64,000 bases of DNA. Origin: Planctomycetota bacterium. Its GTDB lineage: Bacteria; Planctomycetota; B15-G4. The stretch's first letter is position 1; every line of letters begins with the position of its first letter. The stretch is taken from NCBI GenBank assembly GCA_965248575.1, contig CBDFJQ010000002.1, positions 1,504,001 through 1,568,000 of the forward strand, in the 5' to 3' direction. Of this stretch, positions 38,945 to 46,867 are shown in pieces. The notes beneath the pieces are model-generated. The model was not told the origin of the DNA. It ran no database searches and was given only the letters and a program-made list of their open reading frames with translations. A program made the position numbers and the translations under genes.

Positions 38945-39612
38945 GACTTCCTCCAGCCCCTGAAGGGCGAGCGCAAGAACTTCAGGAAGCGGTAGGGCAG
39001 GCTGTTCCAGACCCGGTCCAACTGCTTCTCGAGGCTCTGGATGTGCGTGGTTTTCTCGTTCAAGGCCTTCCAGAGATCCTCGATGGTCTGCTCCAGGCGG
39101 CCCACCCCATCCATGATGTTGTTCTTCTCGCTCATGAGCAGGTCCAGTTCCCGGGTCTGCTCGTCCAGGAAAGCGATGGCCTGCTCCGCAGCGACCATGC
39201 GCAACTGAACGTCGGCCAGCCAGTCGGGAGAAAGCTCGCGGTCGCCGACGCGGATGACGCCCAGGTTGTCCTCCAGCTGCATGAGGCCGGGCGTCTCGCC
39301 GGGCAAACCGGCGATCATCTCCTCGACCATGCTCCAGGCGATGTGGATGTGCGAGGGCGTGAGGGTCTCGGGCGTCGGCAGTGTGAAGGTATCGCGGCTG
39401 ATGCCCTTCTCCCTGAAGAGGTCGGCAATCTCCGTCACCTTGCCGAGCCGGTCCAGCTGCTCCTCGAGCTTTCGGTTGGCTTCGATCAGGTGGTAGATCT
39501 GCCCCACCAGATGGGCCTCGTGCCGGCGCACCTCTTCGGCATCCCGAGCCCCGGGCGCTCCGGACGCCGGGCCGTTCGTTGGGGCCTCATCGTGCTTCGA
39601 TTCGCTCGTCAT
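38941..39612 (-). CDS. Coiled-coil protein with C-terminal amphipathic helix
   Basis: Heptad-like region LDEQTRELD...LEQTIEDLWKALNEK...LEKQLD, ending NSLPYRFLKFLRSPFRGWRKS; overlaps both neighbours. Confidence 0.75.
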   Translation of the reverse strand: MTSESKHDEAPTNGPASGAPGARDAEEVRRHEAHLVGQIYHLIEANRKLEEQLDRLGKVTEIADLFREKGISRDTFTLPTPETLTPSHIHIAWSMVEEMIAGLPGETPGLMQLEDNLGVIRVGDRELSPDWLADVQLRMVAAEQAIAFLDEQTRELDLLMSEKNNIMDGVGRLEQTIEDLWKALNEKTTHIQSLEKQLDRVWNSLPYRFLKFLRSPFRGWRKS

Positions 39613-40955
39613 GACGTGATCCTCGCACTCGAGAGGGCCTGCTCCCAGAGACTCACGAAGTCATCTGCATTCTGTTCCAGGGTGCGCACCTGCTCGATGC
39701 CCATCGCCAGCTTGGTCAGCAAAGAGGGATCCTCTTCGAATTCAGCCAAGACCCCCGTCAAGGAGCCGGGGTCACCGGCTGCGAACGTCCGGCCGTTCAC
39801 ACCATCCTGGACGATCTCCGAGAGCCCGCCCAGGTCGCTCGCGATCACCGGGCGCCCTGCACAGAAGGCCTCGAGCACCACGAAGGGCGTGTTCTCGTAC
39901 CAGACGGAAGGCACCACCAGGACATCAATGGACGAGAGGGCGTCCGCCAGCTCGCCGTGCCCATAGGGGCCCTTGAAGTTGATGCGCGGGTCCACGTCCG
40001 CGAAGGCCCGCACGCGCTTGGCGTACTTGGGGAAGTGCGTCATGTTGCCGCGCACCACCAGCCGCAAGCGCTCGCCGTGACACTCCCGGAAGGCGGAGAC
40101 CAGGATCTCCAGACCCTTCTGCGGGTTCACGCTGCCGAAGAACCCGAAGGTGACGGTGCCCTCACCGGCCACGGGGATCGCCTTGATGCGGCCCTCGGGT
40201 GCGTCCACCCCATAGGGCAGGTGGCGCATGTGTCCGTCCGCATAGCCGTGGTTCAGGAACAGGCTCTTGATGAAGCGGCTCGGGGCGATCAACCCCGTGA
40301 CCTTGTCGAGAATCCCGCGAATGAACTCCTTGCGACCGTGGAGTGCTGCGCGCCGGGGCCCGACGCCCGAGTGATTCAGGTCGGCGTACGAGGGCTCGGG
40401 GGCAGCAGCCTCCACGAAGCCGTCGCGCTTCCCGAACATGCGCAGCCCCTGGTAGCCGTAGTTGTCCGGCGCCAGGCACTCCACGCAGGTGGAAGTTTCC
40501 GGCCCTTCGCACAACGCCCCATCGTGGCGCAGGAATTGCACGGTCGGACACAGGAACCAGTAGTCCATGAGCTGTACGAAGACCGGGATGCCACGCATGC
40601 GGCACTCTTCGATCAACGACAGCCCCAAGCCCATGAGATGGAAGACGTGCACGACGTCGGGCTTCATCTCATCCAGCCAACGGCCGAACTGCTTGCCGAG
40701 GAAGACGTTGTAGAAGTCGTGCAAGGCGTGGTTGGGAGCCAACCCGTCGAAGAAGGTCAGCCGCGTGACCGGCACCTCGTCCACGGAGTCTTCCACCACC
40801 TTGAATGAGGTCTGGCGCCGGGGATCCGGCTCGTGGGTGAAGACCCGCAAATCATGGCCTTGCCCCCTCAGCACGCCGGCCAGGCGATGGGCGTAGATCT
40901 CGGTCCCGGTGCTGTAGCGCGGGGGATACTGGTGGACGACAAAGGCGACTCTCAC
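39609..40955 (-). CDS. GT4 glycosyltransferase
   Basis: MRVAFVVHQYPP, DYWFLCP Cys4 insert, VPSVWYENTPFVVLEA. Confidence 0.92.
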   Translation of the reverse strand: MRVAFVVHQYPPRYSTGTEIYAHRLAGVLRGQGHDLRVFTHEPDPRRQTSFKVVEDSVDEVPVTRLTFFDGLAPNHALHDFYNVFLGKQFGRWLDEMKPDVVHVFHLMGLGLSLIEECRMRGIPVFVQLMDYWFLCPTVQFLRHDGALCEGPETSTCVECLAPDNYGYQGLRMFGKRDGFVEAAAPEPSYADLNHSGVGPRRAALHGRKEFIRGILDKVTGLIAPSRFIKSLFLNHGYADGHMRHLPYGVDAPEGRIKAIPVAGEGTVTFGFFGSVNPQKGLEILVSAFRECHGERLRLVVRGNMTHFPKYAKRVRAFADVDPRINFKGPYGHGELADALSSIDVLVVPSVWYENTPFVVLEAFCAGRPVIASDLGGLSEIVQDGVNGRTFAAGDPGSLTGVLAEFEEDPSLLTKLAMGIEQVRTLEQNADDFVSLWEQALSSARITS

Positions 40956-42256
40956 GGACCGCGGCTCCCTGACACCACCTGCTCGTAGACCCCCAGCAAC
41001 TCTGCCGCGGCATCGGCTTCATCGCGCACGCGGTGCTCATGGGCCGCCAACTGCTGCACGAGGCCCCGGTCGTCTGCCAGGCGCCTCAAGACGCGTGCCA
41101 GCGACGCTTCATCGCCCGCCTCGAAGAGCAGTCCATTGACGCCGTCCTCCACCGCTTCAGCCATGGCCCCGTGGTTGGCCGTGACCACCACGACGCCTGC
41201 CAGGAAAGCCTCACGAATGGTGAGCGCGAAAGCTTCGTACCAGATGGACGGCACCACGACGACATCGAAGCTCGCAAGGATCTCAGGGATGCGTTCATTG
41301 TCGTAGCGGCCGTGCAGGTGGATGCTCGATTCGAACCCCTCTCGCAGGGCTTCCAGCCGCGCACCATAGTCGCGGTCGTGGTGGAAGGGCAGCACTTCGC
41401 CCCACACATCCAGCTGGAGCGAACTGGGGTCACCCAAGCGACGCACGGCTTCCAGCAAGAGGTGGACTCCCTTGCTCGGCAAGACGGACCCGATGAAGCC
41501 CACGCGCAGCGGGCCGTCTGGGGCTCGCCGGGTTCTGGTCGGAAAGCGCTTGGTGGGGAGCCCGTTCTCCACCACTCGCACGCTCCCCGCCGACACCCCG
41601 TAGGCCTCGAACATGCGGCGCATGAAGTCCGAGGGCGTGAGCAGCAGGTCCACGCCCTCCAGGACCTGATGCATGCTGGCGTGGTACTGCTCAAGCAGGG
41701 CCCGGTCCCCCGCCTCCTGCTCCTCCGCGCCAGCACCTGGTGCCCGGCCCTCGCCCAGGAGATGCGGCCAGAGTTCCCGCAGGCAAGGCACGCACTTCTC
41801 CAGCTGGATCTCCGGGCACAGCTCCAGGCCGGCGGTGATGCGTTGACCACGCGGGCAACCCATCCAGAAATCGTGCAGCGTCATCACCGTCGCAATGCCC
41901 CGGGCCTTCAGGCGCTCCAGGATCGCGACGGAGAGGCAGGTCAGATGGTGCACGTGCACGACATCCGGGTGGACCTCGTCCAGGACCTCGACGAAGCGAT
42001 CCCCGATGCCGGGGTGCGCGTACATGAGATCGAAGCGCGTCGCATCCTCGAAGGTGTTCGCCAGGCGAACCACGGGGACGCCCTGCACCTCGTCGCGCGC
42101 CAGCTCCAGATGCTCCAACCCCGCCCGCCCTGTACGTGCCAGGACAGCGGCCTCGTGCCCCGCCTCACGCACGGCACGGGCCAAACCCGCGACATGCAAC
42201 TCGACACCGCCCACCGACTCGGGCAAATAAGAGGCCGTCACAAAGAGCACGCGCAC
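40952..42256 (-). CDS. GT4 glycosyltransferase
   Basis: MRVLFVTASYLP, DFWMGCP Cys4 insert, VPSIWYEAFALTIREA. Confidence 0.92.
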   Translation of the reverse strand: MRVLFVTASYLPESVGGVELHVAGLARAVREAGHEAAVLARTGRAGLEHLELARDEVQGVPVVRLANTFEDATRFDLMYAHPGIGDRFVEVLDEVHPDVVHVHHLTCLSVAILERLKARGIATVMTLHDFWMGCPRGQRITAGLELCPEIQLEKCVPCLRELWPHLLGEGRAPGAGAEEQEAGDRALLEQYHASMHQVLEGVDLLLTPSDFMRRMFEAYGVSAGSVRVVENGLPTKRFPTRTRRAPDGPLRVGFIGSVLPSKGVHLLLEAVRRLGDPSSLQLDVWGEVLPFHHDRDYGARLEALREGFESSIHLHGRYDNERIPEILASFDVVVVPSIWYEAFALTIREAFLAGVVVVTANHGAMAEAVEDGVNGLLFEAGDEASLARVLRRLADDRGLVQQLAAHEHRVRDEADAAAELLGVYEQVVSGSRGP

Positions 42257-42262
42257 CGTGAG

Positions 42263-44221
42263 CTAGCTCGCCAACCAGGCTTCGAACGCATCAAAGGAAG
42301 ACGGGCGGCCGAGGAAGTCCTCCATCAGATCCTCGGCGTCCCGGCTCCCGCCCGGTTCGAGCACCTTCTTGCGGTAGCGCGAGGCCGCCTCGGCGTCCAT
42401 GAGGTCTTCGCCGAAGGCCGACAAGCAGTCCTTTGCCAGGACCAGCGACCACATGTAGGTGTAGTAGAGCGCGGTGTAGCCGTCGAGGTGCCCGAAGGCC
42501 GTCTGCAGACTCGTACCCTCCTCGTAGGGCGTCGAGAGGTAGTTCTCGCGCACCGATCGCATGACCTCCGTGCTGTCGCGTCCCGCAGGGTCTGAGCTGT
42601 AGTACTCCAGGGAGAGCGCCGCGTAGAACATCTGCATCCGCGTTCCGATTCCCTTCCCGTACTCCGCCGCGCGGTTCATGCTCTCCACGAGCTCCACCGG
42701 GATCGGCTTCCCCGTCTCATGGTGCAGGGCGAAACTGCGCAGGATGTCTGCGTCCTGACACCACTCTTCGAAGAGCTGGCTCGGCACCTCCACGAAGTCC
42801 CATTCCGTGGCGATCCCTGAGGTGGCCAACCACTCGTGGCGACCTGCCAAGAGGTGATGCAGCAGGTGACCGAATTCATGAAAGACCGTGCGCACGTCCG
42901 ACGGGTCCAGAAGACCCGGGTCGTCGCCAGAGGCCTTCGGCAAGTTGCAGACGAGACATGCCGACGGCACCACCTGCCCGGCCAGGCCGCTTTGCAGATC
43001 GAACATGGCGGCGTGCTTGAACTTGTCCTCGCGCGGATGCATGTCGAGGAAGAAGCGGGCCATGACCTCGCCATCCTCAAGCAGCTCCCAGGCCTCCACG
43101 TCCTCATGCCACAACGGGACACCTTCTCGGCGCCGGATCTCCAGGCCGTACAGGCGGCTGATGACGGACACGATGCCGTCCCGCACCGCGTCGTAGCAGA
43201 AGTAGGGACGCGCTTCCCGTGAGTCGAAAGCAAAGCGCTCACGACGCATCATCTCCAAGAAATAGCCCCGGTCGAAATCCCGGAGCACAGCGGGCTCGCC
43301 GCTCGTCGGTTCACTCCCCGGCGCCTGCCCCAGCTCGCGCTGCAGGGCTTCCGTGAGTTCGTTCACTTCCCGTTCTGCCCGGTCACCCGTCAGATCGCAC
43401 ACGCGCTGGATGAACTCCCCTGCCTTGTCGGCGGTGCGGATCATCTTGTCTTCAGTGGCGTAGGCACTCCAGTTCTCGTAGCCCAGCAAGGTCGCCAACT
43501 CGTGTCGCTTGGCGAGCATCTGATCGAGCACCTCGAAGTTTGCCGGGGCCCCCCGCCGATGAAACTGATGGAAGACCGCTTCACGCACGGTGCGCTTGCG
43601 GCAGAACTTCTGCACGGGCAGATAGTCCGTCGGATTGGTCGTCAGCCGGATCTTGCCGTCCTCGCCCGGGGCATGGCTGTCGATGAAGTCCTGGGGCAAT
43701 CCCTGCAAGTCCTCGGCGCTGTCGATCAGGATCTCGCGCACATCCCCGGCGATGTTGCGTGAGAAGGTCTGGCCCACCTCGACCAGCTCTTCCCGCAGGG
43801 CCCGTACCCGGTCGCGGGTCGGCTCGTCCCGATCGACACCAGAGCGTCGGTAGTCCCGCAGGGCGTGCTTCAGCAACCGACGGCTGACGGCGTCCGGGGC
43901 CCGCTCGGGGTCCAGCGCCGCCAGGCGGTCGTAGACCTGGCGATCGAGGGAGAGTTCCGTGCCGAAACGGCTCACCTCCTGCTCGATCTCTGCCACCGCC
44001 TCGCGCATGGCGCCCTCGGGATGCACCTGAAAGAACAGGTGCGCCAGGCCCGAACTGCGGTTGAGGGGGTGGCCAATGGCGTCGTGCGCCTTCAGGACAT
44101 CCCGCACCGCCGCTTCAGGGGGCAACGCTTTGAAGTCGGAGAGAGCCTCACGTGCGGCGGCCAGATCGGCGGCACAGGCGGCCCGGAAGGTGTCGATGTC
44201 TGCTGCAAGGAGGGTTTCCAT
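42263..44221 (-). CDS. M3 family zinc oligopeptidase (thimet oligopeptidase-like)
   Basis: FFLDMHPREDKFKHAA, FHEFGH (HEXXH), DFVEVPSQLFEEW, FGHLDGYTALYYTYMWS, DFLGRP. Confidence 0.93.
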   Translation of the reverse strand: METLLAADIDTFRAACAADLAAAREALSDFKALPPEAAVRDVLKAHDAIGHPLNRSSGLAHLFFQVHPEGAMREAVAEIEQEVSRFGTELSLDRQVYDRLAALDPERAPDAVSRRLLKHALRDYRRSGVDRDEPTRDRVRALREELVEVGQTFSRNIAGDVREILIDSAEDLQGLPQDFIDSHAPGEDGKIRLTTNPTDYLPVQKFCRKRTVREAVFHQFHRRGAPANFEVLDQMLAKRHELATLLGYENWSAYATEDKMIRTADKAGEFIQRVCDLTGDRAEREVNELTEALQRELGQAPGSEPTSGEPAVLRDFDRGYFLEMMRRERFAFDSREARPYFCYDAVRDGIVSVISRLYGLEIRRREGVPLWHEDVEAWELLEDGEVMARFFLDMHPREDKFKHAAMFDLQSGLAGQVVPSACLVCNLPKASGDDPGLLDPSDVRTVFHEFGHLLHHLLAGRHEWLATSGIATEWDFVEVPSQLFEEWCQDADILRSFALHHETGKPIPVELVESMNRAAEYGKGIGTRMQMFYAALSLEYYSSDPAGRDSTEVMRSVRENYLSTPYEEGTSLQTAFGHLDGYTALYYTYMWSLVLAKDCLSAFGEDLMDAEAASRYRKKVLEPGGSRDAEDLMEDFLGRPSSFDAFEAWLAS

Positions 44222-44278
44222 GACCCGGCGAATATACCGGCCGGCCGCGTCGATTTCGGCTGCGATTCGAGGATCCCC

Positions 44279-45571
44279 TCAGGCCTCCTCTCCATGCTCC
44301 CGGACGAGGCGCTCCAGCAGCGCCACATCTTCGGCAATTCCCCGCACGGCTGGGATCGAGGCGGCCAGGGCATCCACCCGGCCGGGCTGCTCCACCAAGC
44401 GCAGCAGGGCTGCAGCCAGGGCTCCGCTGTCTCCGGTCGGGAAGACCTCGCCTCCTCCTTCCGCCACCAGCTCTGCCATCCCACCCCGGTCGGACGTCAG
44501 GACAGGGACACCTCGCTGAAAGGCCTCGTGGATCGTGAGGGGGCTGTTCTCCCACCACAGGCTCGGAACGACCAGCAGGTCCATGTCCGCGAAAACCGCC
44601 TCCCGTTGCTCCTGGGCGAACGGCCCCGCCAGGCGCAGGGAGGGCGTGCGCTCTGCGATGGCTCGAAGGCGTTTGGCCACATCGGGAAACCAATCGAGGT
44701 GTCCGTGCACGTTGGCCAGCAACTTGCCCGGCGGCAGGCCGCAGGTTTCCACGGCGCTCGCGAAGGTCTCCACACCCTTGTAGTCGCTGAGGGTGCCGAC
44801 GTACGCCACCCGCAGCGGAGATCCTGGCGTCGCCCGTGGCGCTCGCGGACCGGGGTTTGGGAAACCGTAGTCCGCCACCACCAGCTTCTCCCGCGGCAGC
44901 CCATTGGCGACGAAGCGCTCGGCCAGGAAACGCGAGGGAGCAAGGAAGCGGTCGACATGACGGAAGGCTGCCCGCATGTCGCGCTTGCGCCCCTCGATGG
45001 CCCGAGCGAACCAGCGCCGATCGCCAAGCTCTGCGTAGCTGTTGGCGTGGGAGTCGTCACTCCAGCGTTCGCGGTCGATGGGATAGATGTCGACGCAGAA
45101 CGCACACTTCTCGGGCAGCTCCTGCTCACAGGCCGTGCCTTGGAGGTCGTACATGAGCCCCGATCGCGAACACATCCACCAATACTCGTGCAGCGTCATG
45201 AGCACCATCGGCACCTTGGCCGCGGCAGCCGCCAGGCTCGAGGTGCCCCCCACGAACTGCAAGCCCTGCACATGCACGACGTCCGGCTGCACCTTGTCCA
45301 GGACAGCCTCGAAGACCCGCGCCATCTGGGGGTCGTCCCACTGCTCCGAGAGATCGTGGTAGATGCGGTTGTAGATCGCCTCGTAGACGGGGACCCCGTC
45401 GTGTTCCCGTTCCAACAGCTCGTATTGCGGCAGGTCCCGGCGTTCTTCGCAGGTGAAGACCGAGACCTCGTGGCCTGCATCCGTCAACGCCCGGGCCAGA
45501 TGGGAGGTGTAGATCTCCGAACCAGCTGAATGCAGCGGTAGGTAATCGTGAATCACCTGGAGAATGCGCAG
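44279..45571 (-). CDS. GT4 glycosyltransferase (probable CTG start at 45571; ORF-track start 45556)
   Basis: (L)RILQVIHDYLP, EYWWMC Cys4 insert, VPSLWWENSPLTIHEA. Confidence 0.9.
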   Translation of the reverse strand: MRILQVIHDYLPLHSAGSEIYTSHLARALTDAGHEVSVFTCEERRDLPQYELLEREHDGVPVYEAIYNRIYHDLSEQWDDPQMARVFEAVLDKVQPDVVHVQGLQFVGGTSSLAAAAAKVPMVLMTLHEYWWMCSRSGLMYDLQGTACEQELPEKCAFCVDIYPIDRERWSDDSHANSYAELGDRRWFARAIEGRKRDMRAAFRHVDRFLAPSRFLAERFVANGLPREKLVVADYGFPNPGPRAPRATPGSPLRVAYVGTLSDYKGVETFASAVETCGLPPGKLLANVHGHLDWFPDVAKRLRAIAERTPSLRLAGPFAQEQREAVFADMDLLVVPSLWWENSPLTIHEAFQRGVPVLTSDRGGMAELVAEGGGEVFPTGDSGALAAALLRLVEQPGRVDALAASIPAVRGIAEDVALLERLVREHGEEA

Positions 45572-45639
45572 GGGACAGGCTCCTCTTGGGACGTTTTGTG
45601 GGTCGGGCGCACGGACAGCTGCCCTCGACTCCGACCGGA

Positions 45640-46707
45640 CTAGTACAGGGCTCGCAGACGGCGAGCGCGTTGGGATGAGTTCCGCGGGCCGCCCAGGGAC
45701 TGTCCCGTGCCCGAGGCCAGCCGAGTCGCTGCCTGCTTGGACACCCGGGCCAGCAGTTCACCGACAGTCACCCGCTCGGGCGTCCCGCCGCGGCGTGACT
45801 CCAGGACGACGACGCCCTGGGCGCAGGTGGGCCCACACAGGACGCGCAGGGGAATCCCCAGCCGCTCCGCCGCGCGCCGTTGTTCTGCGGCAGGTTGTTG
45901 CGTGTCATCGCGAAGCGTTGCAATGCCCGCCCGCTGCAACTCGCTCTCCAGCTTGGCGGACATCTCCCGGGCGACGGGGTCGTCCCCTGCCGCCTCCACC
46001 AAGGCGACGACAAAGGGTGCACACGCCACCGGCCAGGAGAGACCGCGCTCGTCGCGATGTTGCTGCGCGAGGACTCCCGCCACGGCATAGAGATCCAATT
46101 CGAGCAACAGCAGGCTGTGCATGATCGGGGCCTCCGCCTCTGCCGCCTCCGCGTCCGATGCTGGCGTCTGCGTCGTCTGCGGGGCGAGCTCGCGGCGGCT
46201 CATGCGGCCGAGCTCCTTGCCTGCAGCCTGAAGCAGCCCGTCGTCCGTCCAGCCCATGCCTTGCACGCCCACCTGTTCAAGAGCCAGCACCAGCTCGCGA
46301 GCCAGGTCCGCGGCGGGAGGTGCGTCGCTGCGTTCGAGGCGTACCACGTCGACGCGCCGGTAAAGCGCCAGGCCGTGCAGGCCTTCGGCGTCCGGCGCCA
46401 ACTCCCGAAAGCCCGTGCCGGAAGCAGCCAGACCCGACTCCGCCCCGGCCCAACCCATGTGGGCCATGAGGTTCACCAGCGCTTCGCCCTCGCAGGCCGG
46501 GAGGCATGCCAGGCAGACCCCGTGCTCTGCGAGGGTTTCCAGCAGGTGGTTCTCAACTTGCTCGAGCAGCCCTTCAAAGAGCGGCGTGCCCGCCACGAGC
46601 CCCGGCCCCAAGGCCACCAGGTAGCCGGAATCCACGAGATCGGCGAACCCGTTATCCCCCGAGGACTGCTCCGGCAGGAAGCGGTGAACGAGCGTCGAAC
46701 GGCGCAT
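45640..46707 (-). CDS. Degenerate prolyl-tRNA synthetase paralog retaining a class IIa anticodon-binding domain
   Basis: MRRSTL...LVDSGYLVALGPGL...P (ProRS-like N-terminus); QHRDERGLSWPVACAPFVV...LQRAGIATLRDD...AERLGIPLRVLCG (anticodon-binding domain). Motifs 2 and 3 are eroded. Confidence 0.7.
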   Translation of the reverse strand: MRRSTLVHRFLPEQSSGDNGFADLVDSGYLVALGPGLVAGTPLFEGLLEQVENHLLETLAEHGVCLACLPACEGEALVNLMAHMGWAGAESGLAASGTGFRELAPDAEGLHGLALYRRVDVVRLERSDAPPAADLARELVLALEQVGVQGMGWTDDGLLQAAGKELGRMSRRELAPQTTQTPASDAEAAEAEAPIMHSLLLLELDLYAVAGVLAQQHRDERGLSWPVACAPFVVALVEAAGDDPVAREMSAKLESELQRAGIATLRDDTQQPAAEQRRAAERLGIPLRVLCGPTCAQGVVVLESRRGGTPERVTVGELLARVSKQAATRLASGTGQSLGGPRNSSQRARRLRALY

Positions 46708-46867
46708 GGATGAGTTCTCTGGTGAAACGCTGGAGGCTACCCAGAGTGTAGCGGCCTCATCCGCCCAATCCGCCACGGGAATCGGCCTCCCACCGAGCGA
46801 GGGTCTCGTTATGCTCAACCTGCGAGGGGCGCCCCTCGCCACCGCACACCTCATCGGGAGAAACCCC

